A stretch of 64,000 bases of DNA from Cyanophora paradoxa CCMP329 (taxonomy: Eukaryota > Plantae > Glaucophyta), in contig QPMI01000545.1 of the NCBI GenBank assembly GCA_004431415.1, positions 186,001-250,000 of the forward strand, given 5' to 3'. Positions 10,922 through 23,687 of the stretch are shown here, one piece after another (positions within the stretch are counted from its first letter, which is position 1; each line of letters begins with the position of its first letter). Position numbers and translations under genes: made by a program. Under the pieces are notes generated by a model, which made no database searches, was not told the origin of the DNA, and saw only the letters and a program-made list of their open reading frames with translations.

Positions 10922-13900
10922 CTAAAGGAGGGCGGCCTCGCGGGCGATGCGGGCCCCGTGGGCGTCGCCGCAGAGCGCGAAGCAGCGCGCCGCCTCCGCC
11001 AGCAGCGCCGCCCGCCCCGCCTGCAGCGGCTGCGGCCCGGGCGGCTCGGCGCGCCGTGGGAGGAGCGGGGGTTAGGCGAGGAGGAGTTGGCTGGCGGGGG
11101 CGGCGCCGGCGCCGGCGCCGGCGCCCCCTCGGGGCCGACCGGCGGGGGACCGGTGTGGAAGGCGGCGAAGAGGAGCCCGAGGGCACAGTCGCGGGGGCGG
11201 CGCGGCGCCGGCGCCGCCGCCGCCGCCGCCTCGAAGCCGGCCCAGCCGCCGAGGGTCGCCGCCGCGAGGAAGCGCTCGCGCGCCGGGCGCACCGCGCCGC
11301 GCGCGCTCAGAGCGAAGCCCTCGATGACGGCGATGGCGCCGGCCGCCTGCGCGCTGAAAATCAAGGGGAAAATTGAATACAGGAAAGAAGAATTTAGATC
11401 ACCGCCTCGTTCCAGGCCCAGCGGGCCGCGTTGCGCGCGGCGGCCTCCAGCAGCGCCGCCAGCGCCGCCGGCCCGATGGAGGCCGCCGGCTCGGGTTCAG
11501 GCTCGCCCACGGTCGGTGGGAGGCCGTGGCCGGCGCCCCTGGCCAGGTAGAGGCGGGCGAAGGGGGCCGCCGGGTGCCCCTGCAGGCGGGCCGCCGGGGA
11601 GAGGGCCCACGCGGTGAAGACGGAGCATGCCGCCTCGCAGACGACGTCCGGCTGGGGAGGATCGAAAACTCGCAGCTCAGCGCGCGCGAATCAGAGGAAG
11701 AGTAGACGGCTGGGAGGGGGGGGGGGGGGGGGGGGGGGTCACAGCCGACCGCACCGCCATGAACCCGCTGAGCCTCGCGGAGAGGAGCTGGATCGCCTCT
11801 CGCGCCGCCTGATCGTGAGCGCAGGTCAGCGCTCCGGCGGGCGGGGCGGGCGGACGGGTAGGAGGGGAGGGCGGGCCTGTACGGCGGAGAGGCCGCTGTA
11901 CGGGGCGCGGGCGTGGGGCCCGAGGGTGGCGAGGAGCGTCCGCGCGTGGACGGCGTAGAAGAGGGCCGGCATCGACGGCGCGACCGCCGCGAAGCCGCCC
12001 CGCAGACGGGTGCAGTAGAAATCCTCCACCGGCTGCGCCGATTGCGGCGCCTTTCCGCTCAGTCCTAAGCTCAAGGCAGCACGCTAACCGACTTCCTCTC
12101 TAAGGCTTTCGAGCAAGCGTAAGCTCAGCTTGCAATTTCGCGCTCTACTTGTCGCCGCCCCCGGCCCGCCGCCCCCGGCCCGCCGCCCCCGCCGGCGCCC
12201 TCGCCCCACCCCGCACAAGGCACCTCTAGGGCCTCGGGCGCCCGGTCGCGGAGGTTCTGGATGAACGCAAGCACAGCCTGCCGCGGCGGCCGGCATCAAT
12301 TCCTGCGCCGTTCTTGCCGATTTCATGATCGAGTGAAACGGGGGGACCGTCGAGCCGATGGTGTGGACGTCGTCGGTGAGCTCGCGGTCCCGCAGCACCT
12401 TAACTTCTCCAGGGCCCCCTGCGCGCGCACGCCCCGCCGCCCCCGCCGCCCGGCCGGGCGTCAGAAGCACGCACAGATCTAGAACTGGCGCAGCGCTAGC
12501 GATCGCGAGCGCGCGCCTGGATGCTGGCGAAGAGGCGCTCGAGGAGGCCGGCGTCGCCCCCGCTCCGGAGGTGGCACAGGAACCGGTACATGGACATCTC
12601 CAGCACGTCCCGCCGCGCGTACTGCGCGCCGTCCGTTCGTTCGATCCCGACGGCTCGTTTGATCGATCCCGACGATCGCGAGGGGTCCCCGGCGCACCAT
12701 GCGGAGGGCGGCCTCGGCTCCGAAGTCGCAGACGCGGGCGGCCTCCTCCGCCTCGCTGGCCGTCACCAGCGCGAAGGCCACGGCGCGGTACATGATCCCG
12801 ACGTAGGGCCCCGTGCACGCGTCGCTACCCAGCTCCTGCGCGCGCGCGAATTTCGCGCCGCCGATCAGCTTCGAGTTCGATTTTCGCGGCGCGAAAATCG
12901 GAATCGGAATCGAAGGGGCGCGCGAATGCGAATTTGGCGAAGGCAACGACGAGGGCGCGGCTGCCGCTGCCCGGGAAGATGAGCGCGATGTTCGTGGCCT
13001 GCGAAATTCGAACGCGAAAATCAATGGCCGGGCAGCGAAATTCGAGGGGCGCCCCGAGCTCGAGGAGGCGAGGGCGCCGCACGACGTATCCGGCGGCGAT
13101 GGCGAGGAAGTGGGGGCCGGCGGGCCGCTCCAGCGCGTGCCTCCAGAGCGCGAAGCCGGCGTAGAGCACGAGGGCGTCGTCCCCGCAGTGCGCGGCGGCC
13201 TGCCGCAGGGCCACGAGCAGGTCCCCGACGACGCCGTCGGCGGGGCGGCGGCCGGCGCCCCGCGGGGCCTCGAGCTTCTCGGGGGAAGGCCGGCCAGCGT
13301 CGGCGCGCCCGCAGCCGCAGCCGCACGGCCGCGTACATGAGCGCCGCCCACAGGCCCAGGCGGCTCCTGCGGGGCCCTGAGATCTAGGGCGCGCGGGCGG
13401 GGGCCGGGCCAGGGCCGGCGCAGGCGCACGTGGGGATCCGCAGGCCGAGGAGGGCGAGGGCCTCGCGGCAGTGCCGGACCGTGTCGGGGAAGCGCCCCGT
13501 GCGGGTGCCGACCTCGGCCAGGCCGGCGAGCCATGTCGCGCGCCGCACGGGCGGCGCGCCCGGGTAGGCCCCGAGGAGCTCCCCGTAGCCGCGCTCGGCC
13601 TCGGCGTTGCAGAAGCCGTCGAGGGCGGCCGCCGCGCAGCGCTCGAGGTAGGGCAGCGCCGCCCCCGGCTCCTCCGCCGCCGTCCAGTGGTACGCGAGCC
13701 GCTCAGCCGCCGCCGAGCCGGCGGCCAGCTCCGAGGACGAGCCCGAGGCCGAGGCTGAGGCCAAGGCGGAGGCGGAGGCGGAGGCGGAGGCGGCGTCGCT
13801 CGAGCCGCGGCGCCCAGGCGCGCCCGGCTCGCGCTCGCGGGCCTCGAGGAACTCGGCGAAGGCGCGGTGCAGGCGGCGCCGCTCGGCGACGGGCAGCAGG

Positions 13901-16900
13901 CCCCGCACGACCTCGCGGAGGGGCGAGAGGGCGAACTCGAACTCGCCCCCGGCCGCCTCGTAGACCGCCTCTCTGAGGACGCCGGCCGCGCACAGAGCCG
14001 CGAAGTCGGCGGCCAGCGACGCCGCCGCCGCCTGCAGCGCCGCCGCGGAGCGCTTGTCCTTTCCGCCCTCGAGCTGCGGCAGGATGGCGGCGACCTCCTC
14101 GGCGCTGAAGCGCGTGCCGACGACGCTCGCGATCTGCGGGGCTCGCGATCGTGAGCCGGCGGGCGATCGCGACGTCGACGGGGCGCCGGCGGCGGCCGCG
14201 GGCGGCGGGGCGGGCCTTGGCGGCGAAGAGCTGCGAGGGGGCGAGCCGGTCGAGGCGCCAGAGGAGCGCGGAGCGGAGGCCGTCCGAGGGCCGCGGGTTC
14301 CGCAGCGGCCTCGCCACCGTGCAGGCGCCCGTCGCGGGGTCGACCCGCAGCGTCCCCTCCTCGCGCAGGCGCCCCGCCAGGTCCGCTGCGATGAACGGCA
14401 CTCCGCCCGACTCGCTCGCTGCGCCCCGCGCCGGTACCCATCAGGCCGGCGCCCGCCGTGCGCCTCCGGCGCTCAACGGACCAATGAAGGCGGCGGCCTG
14501 CGGGGGCAGGGAGGCAGCGCCGATGCGGGCGCAGGCGAGGCGCGCGACCGTCGCGCTGTCGAGCGGGAGCAGCTCGAGGAGGCGATGCCGGTGCACGCCG
14601 ACGAGCCTGTCGAGCAGGCCGGCCCCCTCCGGCTCCGAGGCCAGGCGGCCGGTGACGAGCAGCAGGAGGCGCGCGGCGGGGCTCTCCGCCGCCTCCTCCG
14701 CGAGCCGCAGCAGCACCGCTTGGCTCTGGCTGTCCGCCAGGTGCACGTCTGCGGCGCCGGCGCGCGTCAGCTGCGAGCGCGGCGTGGCCGGCGGGAAGGG
14801 GCGCGCCCTCGAAGACGAGGAGGAGGGGCCGCTGGGCGGCGGCGCGAGACAGGACGAGCCGCACGAGGGCGCCCCGCAGCTGCCCGGCGCGCGCTTCCGC
14901 CGGCAGCGCGGTGGCCGGCACGCGCCCGCCCGATCGCATTGAGCCGGCCCTGGGGAGGCGGCGGCGCGGCCCCTCGCGATGAGAGGACGGGCGGCGGCGC
15001 TCGCGCTCGGACGCGGCGCCGGCCGCGGCGGGCGGATCCGGATCCGGAGGGGCGGCGGCGGGGATCCAGCTCAGGGAGGAACGCCGCCTCGCAACGTGGG
15101 GCGAGGGTCCGGGCCCGGGTGCGGCGGGGTCGGCGGCGGGCGGCGGGGCGGGGAGCAGGGCCTCCAGCTCCCCGACGACGGCGGGGTCCATCCCAGGCTC
15201 CTCCACCGCCAGCGCCCCCGCCTGCGCTCAGCGCTCATGATCAGCGACCTCGTGATCGCCGCGGGTGGCCATGGGTGGGCGGGACGGGCCTCGAGGATGC
15301 CCTGCGGGAAGAGGGCGGCGAGGAGGGGCCGCCACGCGGCGAGCGGCTGCCGCTCCGTCGCGAGCGCCGCCGTCGCTGCCGTGCGCCACCCGGCGGCCGC
15401 CGCCATCGCCGCCGCCGCCCGCGCCAGCGCCGACTTGCCCAGGCCCGTCTCCCCCGCCACGACCAGGAGAGACGCCGGCCGCGGCGCGGGCGCGGGGCCC
15501 TCCGGAGGCAGCTCCGCGCCGGCGCCGGCCTCGGGGAGGGGGGACTGGGGACCCGGGGCGCGGGCGGCCGCGGGGACGTGTGCAGCTACAGGGGACGCCA
15601 GCGATCGGGAGCCGAGCCCGCCGGATGCGTGGGCCTCCAGGAGCCCCCGGATGGTGTCGATCTCGGACTCGCGCCCGAAGAGCGCGCCCGGCGCGTCGAC
15701 CGGCCCCGGCGCGATCGAGGGCCGGCGGCTCTGGCCGTGGCGGCCCCTGACCCGCAGCGGGCGGAACGCCGGCGTGGGCCCGATCCCTTTGAGGTTGTAC
15801 TCCCCCGCCGCCTCCATCTCCACCCTCTGCTCCCTGCGCCAGCGTGCTTCAACGCCGGCGACGAGGGCCCCGCGGGCCGGAGCGGCGCGGGGCGCACGCG
15901 ACGGCGCGGGTCTCGCCGTCCGCGAGGATGCCGCCGCCGGTGAGGCCGGCCTTGCCCATCAGCCGCGCCGCCCGGTTCACAGCGTTCCCGAAGACCGAGA
16001 ACTCGCTGTATGCAGTTGGGGGTGAGCCGGCTATTTTTCAATCGCGCGGGGCGGGGCGGGACGGGGAGGGCGCGCCAGCGGGTTTCGGGGTCGCCGACGA
16101 AGGCGCAGAAGGCGGGGCCGGTGGCGAGGCCGAGGGCGCAGCCGACGCCGGCGGCCTCCATCGCCTCCCGCACGTCCAGCGCGCACGCCGCGCACCGCCC
16201 CGCGTCGTCTGGTGCAAGCGGACCCGGGCAGGGCGCGCGGTGAGCCCGCTCGCGCGGCAAGTCGACGGGCGAATTTCAGCGCGAACAGGGCTCGGCGCAC
16301 CAGCGTGGGAGATGGGGTACAGACCGAAGACACCGATCACGACCAGCCCCTTGTCTGAGGCGCCCGACGCCGCTCAGGGTAGGGGGGGTAGGAGGGCAGG
16401 GGGGAGGGATCGGAGGGGTAGGCGGGCCGGGGGGAGGGGGGAAGCGGCAGGGGGAACGCTCACCGTCGAGGACGATCTGGCGGAGGGAGCCCTCGTGCGC
16501 GTAGAGCAGCGCCTGCACCGTCCGCACGGCCCGCCGCACGGCCCGCGGCCCCGCGCCCTCATCCCCCCCGTCCCCCTCCGAACCCGCTTGCAGCTCGAGG
16601 GACCCGAAGAGAACCGAGACCTGCCTCCGGCTCAGCAGGGCGGACCGGGGCGGGGCGGGGGCCGGGGCTATAGCTAGGCGGGGCGCACTGGGCGGAACTC
16701 GGCGAGGTAGCGGGCCGGGTCGACGGCGCCGAGGCCGGCGATCTGCCCCAGCCGCGCCCGCACCTGCCCCCGCCCGCCAGCCTCCGTCAGCGCCGGCCGC
16801 CAGGACGAGGGGACAGGGTTTTGGGGGCGCGCCGTGAAGGGAACGAAGAGGGAGGCGAGGGCGAGCTGCTCTGCGGTCTCCAGCGGCGGCGCCCGCTCCC

Positions 16901-19100
16901 GCATCGCCCCCGCAAGGCTCCCTGCGCCCTTGCTCATCAGCTTCGAGTTCGACGGCGGCGGCGGGGGGGCGGGGGGGCGGGCGGACCGGAGGGGAGGCCG
17001 AGGACGGCGCGGCAGCAGTCGGCGAGGGGCGCCGCCGCCGACGGGTCGACGACGAGGGGCAGGGCGCGCGGGGCCACGGACGAGCTCGAGGGGCCAGAGA
17101 AGGAGCCGGCGTGGGACCGCCCGGCGGACTCGGACCTGGATCCGGGCTCCGACTTCACGCCGCCGAAGGAGGCGGAGGCCTGCAGGCCCAGGGGGGCGGC
17201 GGGGTGCCCCGAGAAGGACTGGCTCGGGGCCCCGAGGCGCCGCAGGGAGCGCTCGGTGGCCGCTCGCTGCAGGGCCTCCCGATGGGACGCCTCCCGCCGC
17301 ACGCTGCGCGTCGCCGGCACGACCGCCGTCCGCGGGATGTGTCGCATCAGCGACCCGCAGAGTATCACTTGACTGCGCGCGCCGCAAGCGTCAGCTGCAG
17401 CTGCGGCGCGCGCGGCGCTGGGAGCGCTAGCCGAGCGCGGAGGGGCGGTGGGGCGCACCCCGGGGCGATGTCGGCGAGGGCGTCGCCGGCCTCCGTCACC
17501 GCCGCGCCCTTCACGAAGAACACCATCCGCCTGCCCGCCCCGCCCCGCCCCGCCCGCCCCGCGTCGGCGACAAGCGCGCCGGCGCGGCGCCGGCGCCGGC
17601 GTCGAAAGGCGTATTCGTACCCGGGCACGGGGGAGCCGTCCGGGTTCCTGAGGGAGGCGCCTCTCCACATCTCGGGGCTCCCGAGCGAGGAGGCCGGCCG
17701 CCCCGAGGGCTTGGGGGACCCCAGGAAGTCGAGGCCGGATGCGGGGCGGCTCTCGGGGGGCCCCGGGCCGCCGATGCCGGCGACGTGGAGCCGGAGGGGG
17801 CCGGCGGAGACCGCGATCCGCAGCCTCATGCCCCCCGCCACGCCCGCCTCGAAGCGCTCCTGCACCTGCGCCCCCGGCCCGCCCGCCCGCCGCCTTCGGC
17901 CCTGACACGAGCCGCGGCCGGCCGGGAGCCCGCGATCGCACCCGCAGCGCGCACTCGACGGCGGCGGCGGCGCGGAGCGCGAGGGCCGACGCGAGCCGCC
18001 CCTCTGCGTCCCCCCCCTCTTCCTCCTCCTCCTCCTCCTCCTCCTCTGGAGGAAGACCCGGGGGGACCGCGCCCACGGGCTCGGGCCGGGGGTGCGCGCC
18101 CTCGGAAGCCTCCGCGTACGGATCGACGGGCCAGATCGCTGCCGGCGGCTCGCTATGAGGAAGAAGGAAGGGAGCGGGGGCGGGGGAAGGGGCAGGGGGA
18201 GGGGGCCAGGGCGGGCGAAGGGGGGGGGGAGATTTGGAGGGAGAAAGGAAGGGGGAGAGGGAGGGGTAGGGGGGGTATGGGGAGGGGAGAGGGGGAGGCG
18301 AAGGCATGAGGGAGGGGGGTACAGACCGAGGAGGCCGTCGCCGAGAAAGGAAAGAACGTCGGCTCCGTACTCTGCCGGCGCGTCAGGCCCGCGCTGGAGC
18401 AGGGGGCGGGGCCGGCGGGGCGGGGCGGGGCGGGGCGGGGCGGGGCGGGCCCTCGAGGAGCTCGATCTCGGCGCGGAAGCAGCTGTTGATGGCGCCGAAG
18501 ACCCCCTCCATGTCGCTCTCGCCCGCGCCAGCCCGCTGGACGAGGTCGCTGAAGCCGGCCAGGTCGAGCATCATGACGACCGACCCCGGGCACGCCTCCC
18601 GCAGCCGCGCCCCGCGGCAGTGCGCGAGCACCAGCCTGCCCCGTGCGCATGCGGTAAGACGCAGGCCCCCGCGGCCGGCAAGCTCGCCGCGGCGCGCGCG
18701 GAGCGGGCTCGCACGTGCACCGTGGGCAGAAGGCGGCGCAGGCGGCGGCGAGCGCCGCGTCGGGCGCCGCGGCGGCCTCATCGATGTCCTGCGGCTCGTC
18801 CCGCGCCAGCAGTCCTAGGCCTAGTCCTGGGCTACGCTGGCCAGCCGCAGCCGCAGCCGGAGGCGTCCGCGTTCGGTGCAGGCCCAGCTCGACTACCGAG
18901 GCCCGGGCACGACCTAGATCGTCATCTTCATCTGCAGCTGGCCCCGCGTGCTTCCCATCCTTATCTGCCCTACTTAAGGTTGCGCCTGCGTCGAAGAGCA
19001 TGGCGACGGTCGCCGAATTCGAAGCTGGCCAATCTATTAACGCCGCGGCCGCGCGCGCGCCCCGCCGCGCGCGGCCCGTCAATTGCAATTGCTAAGCTCG
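10922..19100 (-). CDS. Soluble adenylyl cyclase-like protein (ADCY10 type): two class III cyclase domains + STAND P-loop ATPase + TPR-like tail, multi-exon
   Basis: C1: VMMLDLAGFSDL and YGADVLSFLGDGLL (both metal-binding Asp), LRIAVSAG. C2: RQIVLDDKGLVVIGVFG, GLATGPAFCAFVGD, EFSVFGNAVNRAARLM, YNLKG. ATPase: LFGRESE, VAGETGLGKS, LLLVFE-DVHLAD. Later ERLAYHW, F(C)NAEA and a terminal helix LLAEAARCFALCGDAHG. The 5' end is approximate, and 10922-12200 could be a separate gene. Confidence 0.85.
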
Positions 19101-19581
19101 CCCATGTCACCGCGCGCCCTGCGACCCGATGATCAGCTAAAGCTTCAGCGCCGAGCTCGAGCTGATCTACTGCGCTCTAGCACTGACGAACAGCAGGCTT
19201 CCACAGCAGCTGCTGCTGATCATCCTGATTGACACCGTACGGCGCCGGCGTTACACGCGTACGCGCGCGCAGCAGGCTTCCAGCAGCAGCTGATACTAGT
19301 AAGGCACGCGTACCGGTACGGCGCTAGCGCTGGCGTTACGTATACACGCGCGCGCGCGCACTTGCAGAAGTTGCAGCTCGACAAGCTTAAGGTCTGTGGA
19401 TCCGGATTCCGGAGACGGAGGGTCGGAGCCTGAGCTTTTCGAGCCCTACCCCTGCCTTGTACCCATTTTTGCCAGGGTACACAGTTCGTGCATGCGCGCT
19501 TCGCCGCCGGCGCAACCACACGACGAGAGGCAGCATCCGTATTCCCGACTGCACCACGCGCACGCTGAAGACGCGGACGGG

Positions 19582-22259
19582 ATGCCGGGGACGCTGCTTG
19601 AGCCGGGCGCCGCGCGCTCGGATGCCGGCTTCGCGGCCAAGAAGGCGAGAGCGCAGACGCCGCATCAGCCCATGAGCACGCTCCGAGTAGTTCTCACGTC
19701 CGGCAGGCGAGTGCATCTCCCCCGCATCCCGCGCAGCAGTCCTGACCGCGCCGCTAATTCGCCCCTTCGATGCGCAGCGGCTTCTTCACGGACGCTTATG
19801 TGCGCTGAGCGCGAGCGTACCGCCGCGGGGGCGACGCGTGGCGGCCGCTGACACGCGGCTCGGCAGGACCTCTTTGTCATCGGGCTGGTGATCCCCGTCG
19901 TGGAATTCCTCTACTTCCCGAACCACAAGATGCCGTCGTACGAGAAGGCGCGCCGCCTCCTCCCGCGCGGGCCGGCCCCCGCCGCCCCCGCCGGCGGCGC
20001 GGCGACGGCCGCGGGCGCCGGCGCAGGGGGCCATCGCGGCGGTGAGCCTGGCGGGAACGCTGGTGGGCCAGCTCTTCTTCGGGTACCTGGGCGACCGCCT
20101 CGGCCGCAAGCGCACCTTCATCGCCACCTCCTGCATCATCGCCGTGGCCCGCCCCGCCCCGCCCCGCCCCGCCCCGCCGGCGCCGCTGACGGCGCCGCTG
20201 ACGGCGCCGCGGCGCGGCGCGCGCAGGCGAGCTTCGGCTCAGCGACGGCGTTCCACGCCGGCCCCGTGACGATGCTGGGCTCGCTGGTCTTCTGGCGGCT
20301 CGTGCTGGGCGTGGGCATCGGGGGGGACTACCCCCTCGCCGCCGTCGTCTCCTCCGAGTCCTCGCACACCGCCCAGCGCGGCCGCGTCGTCGCCTCCGTC
20401 TTCGCCATGCAGGTCCCCACGCCCCGCCCCGCCCCGCCGTCCGTCCCCCGAGGCCTCGCCCCGAGCGCCTGACGGCCCCGCCGTGCGCCGCCCCGCGCCG
20501 CAGGGCTTCGGCATCCTGGCCGCCGCCATCATCATGCTGATCGCGCTCTCCGCCTGCGGCCCGAGGCGCGCCGCCCGCCCGCCTCCGTCGCCCCGCCCCA
20601 CCCTAAGGGCGGGGCAGCCGGCTGGACCTGGCGTGGCGCGTCGCCCTGGGCTTCGGGGGCCTCGCCGCCGTCGTCTCCTTCTACTTCCGCCTCACCATGC
20701 ACGAGGCAGGCCCCCGCCCCCGCCCCCGCCCCGCCCCGCCCCCGCCCCGCCCCGCCCCCGCCCAGCGCCGCTCACCCGCACTGCAGAGCCCGCGGTTCGA
20801 GAAGGGCGCCCACGAGCACGCCGACGCCGACTCGGAGAGCGGCCCCGAGATGACCCCCGCCCCGGTTCCCGCCCCCCCCCGCGCCCTCCGCTCGCCCCCG
20901 CCGCCGCGCCGAGGGCCCCGCAGAGCCCCGCGGCGGCGCCGCCCTCGACGCTGGACCTGCTGCGCGCCCGCGGGTGCGAGCGCCGCCGCCCCGCCCCGCC
21001 CCGCCCCGCCCCGGCCCGCCTCCGAGCTGACTCGGCTGCACCCGGGTGCAGCTGGCTGCTCTTCGCCACCTGCTCCACCTGGTTCCTCCTCGACGCGCGC
21101 CCCCCACCCCCCCACCCCTTCTTCTTCTTCTCCTCCTCCGCCGACCCGGCCCGGCCCCCGCGCAGGTGGCCTTCTACTCGCAGAACCTCTTCAACCCGAC
21201 CGTCCTCACCGCCATCGGCTTCTCCGGCGTCAAGCGCGCCCCGTACCCCCCTCCCCCTCTCTTCCGAGGCTTACGCGCCGCGCCGCGCCGCGTCGCAGGG
21301 AGCCGCGTACCCCCGAGGAGCTGTACGCCTCCGTGCACAAGATCTGCGTCGGGCAGCTCCTCATCGCCCTCTGCGCCACCGTCCCGGGCTACTGGTACCC
21401 CCCCTCCGCTCCTCCTACCCCCACCTCCGCCCCGTGCCGACGCCGGGTACAGGGTGACGGTGGCGACGATCGAGAGCCTGGGGCGGCGCCGCATCCAGCT
21501 CATCGGCTTCGCAGCCATGACCATCGCTTTCGCCGTCCTCGCCGCCGCCTACCAGGTACCCCCCGCGGCCGCGACGGAGGGGGTACGCCCCATTGATGTG
21601 TGTTCCGCAGCCCCTCGTCTCGCAGCACGGCCTCCTCGCCCTCTTCCTCGTCATCTACGCCATGTACCCCCTCCCCCTCCCTGCGCCGCCTCGTACCCCC
21701 CTCGCGTGCCGATCGCGTACCCCCCCCCCCCGGCAGGACCTTCTTCTTCTCCAACTTTGGCCCGAACTCGACCACGTTCATCCTCCCCTCTGAGCTCTTC
21801 GTGCGCCGTACCCGTAACCCCAAACCCCCCCCCCCCCCCCCCCCCCCCCGCCGACGCCCGGTCGCCTTTCGCAGCCCACCGCGATCCGCTCGACGGCCCA
21901 CGGCATCTCCGCCGCCTCCGGCAAGGTGCCGCGTACCCCCCTTCGTTTCCCGTACCCCCGGAGCCGAGAGCGCGCGGCAGGCGGGGGCGATCGTGGCGGC
22001 GTTCTTCTTCCCCTCCTTCGAGGAGCGCTTCGGGGCGCAGTGGGCGCTCGGCGTGATGTCCATCTGCCTGGTGGCGGGGTACGTGATCACCTGGGCGCTC
22101 ATCCCCGAGACGGCGGGGAAGTCGCTGGAGGACCTGGAGGAGGGGGTCGAGATGGGGGCCCTCGGGGGCCGCTCCGCCCCCGCCGGGGAGCACTTCGCAT
22201 ACCACGGGCCGGCGAGGCGGCCGGGGAGCCCCTCCGACGCCGGCTCCGCCTCCTCCTAG
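19582..22259 (+). CDS. Inorganic phosphate:H+ symporter, PHT1/PHO84 family (MFS), multi-exon
   Basis: GFFTDAYDLFVI, GTLVGQLFFGYLGDRLGRKR, LGVGIGGDYPLAA (PHT1 signature), RGRVVASVFAMQGFG, WFLLDVAFYSQNLF, VPGYW, FFSNFGPNSTTFILPSELF, RSTAHGISAASGKAGAI, PETAGKSLEDL. ATG could be 19582 or 19672. Confidence 0.95.
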
Positions 22260-22612
22260 CGCTAGCTGCCAGTGGCCAGCTGTACCCCCCTGCCCCGCCG
22301 CACTCTTCCCTCCGCCGCAAATGCAAGGGCCAGCCTCGATCCACGGCACTGATTATGATAGCCAGCGATCCGATGATAGCCTGCCTCGGTTGAGCGTCTC
22401 GTTCGAGAGTCTCGGCCCGGGGCGAGGGAAGAGATCTAGAGGAGGGAAACACGTGTGCGTGCCAATTGAGCGAAAGTGCGCGTGCCAGTCTGGAAACGTG
22501 TACGTGCACGCGAAAGTAATCCTATAGAGAGAGAAGAAGAAATTATGTACATAATTATATAGAGAAATCGAAGAAAGAAGCACTGCAGCCGATCAGCCAG
22601 CCGGCATCAACG

Positions 22613-23156
22613 ATGCAAGATCAAGACCGCGAGGTCCGCCTTCAGCTTGCGCGCGGCCCTGCAGCTGTAAACTCAGAGATTCGATTTCGCGAACAGAATT
22701 TCGCCCTCGGAGACGCTGAAATTGAGCATGACAGCAAAAAGCGCAAATTGGAGCAGGCGTGCATGGGGCTTTCTTTCGTATAAATCCGGAGCCATAACAT
22801 GCCCGCGCGATTTAATATGCATACGCAGGGAGACGTCGACGCGCTCACGCACCGCCCCGATTTCCAAGAACTGTACGAGGTGCGCATGCTCCGCGTCTTG
22901 ACGCAGGTCGCTCCTCAATCTCTGTAGGCGCGATTGCGTTCCAACTTTGCAATTGATCATGAGTGCGCAGGAATTTTACCATCTGCGAGGTGAAGTCAGG
23001 GCTTTGCAGGAGCGGCTTGCAGAGGACGAGGCGCGGCTGTCGGATGACGAGCAGCGGATCGCCTTGGGCGAGCAGCGGCTTGCGCAGGCCGCGGCCATGG
23101 GTGCGCAAGAACGTGTCCGATCGCGATCGCGAGGCAGGGATCAAATCCATTTTTGA
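22613..23156 (+). CDS. Small hypothetical coiled-coil protein (probably spliced)
   Basis: Intron-like segments flank short exons. The last exon is heptad-like (LRGEVRALQERLAEDEARLSDDEQRIALGEQRL). No family recognised. Confidence 0.3.
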
Positions 23157-23255
23157 AATTTGGCCGCAGATCTAGAGCAGCCGCAGCAGCCGCAGCGAAG
23201 CAGCGCCGGCGTGGCAGGCAACGCGGCCCGCCTGGGTGCGCATGCATTTGCGTGA

Positions 23256-23687
23256 AACTTTAAAATAGTGTCCGACTCGGCGAGAAATTTATTGCATGCG
23301 TTTTTCCGTGGCCCAGTGGGCTATTGGGAAGTCCCGCGCGAGATAAAGCCCAGCAACGTGACCCCAGAGCTGGTGCGAAAGTCTTGACAATCCCGTGTGA
23401 CGATCGAGGTCGATCATAAAGGCACGCGCCCCGGGCCCGCGCGCTCGCAGCTGGAGGCGTACCGCGACAACCGCGCGGTGTGCTTCGTGGTGGAAGGGCG
23501 GAACACCTACCATTTCGCCTGCTGTCCCGCCATGTACGAGGGGGGCGCGGAGCACACCAACTACAGCCGCGTGAACCCCAGACTCAAGGGCTACGTTTTC
23601 CGCAACGAGGCGCAGATGCGCGCGTGGGCCAAGGCACAAGTGATGGACAAGTGCCGCGTGTACACCTTCCGCTGCACCAAATACTAG
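23256..23687 (+). pseudogene. Intronless ORF remnant with an internal TGA; possible small His/Cys metal-binding domain
   Basis: The frame continues upstream of ORF 23397-23687 through a single TGA at 23385 (YWEVPREIKPSNVTPELVRKS*QSRVTIEV). It contains TYHFACCP...YVFRNEAQMRAW...C. Confidence 0.3.

Noticed and set aside
12825-15943. Very long ORFs (793 aa, 629 aa; likewise 36620-39004, 37740-39971, 50461-52257)
   Set aside because: They are Arg/Pro/Gly/Ala-rich stop-free frames caused by extreme GC. The real proteins switch frames at introns or lie on the other strand.
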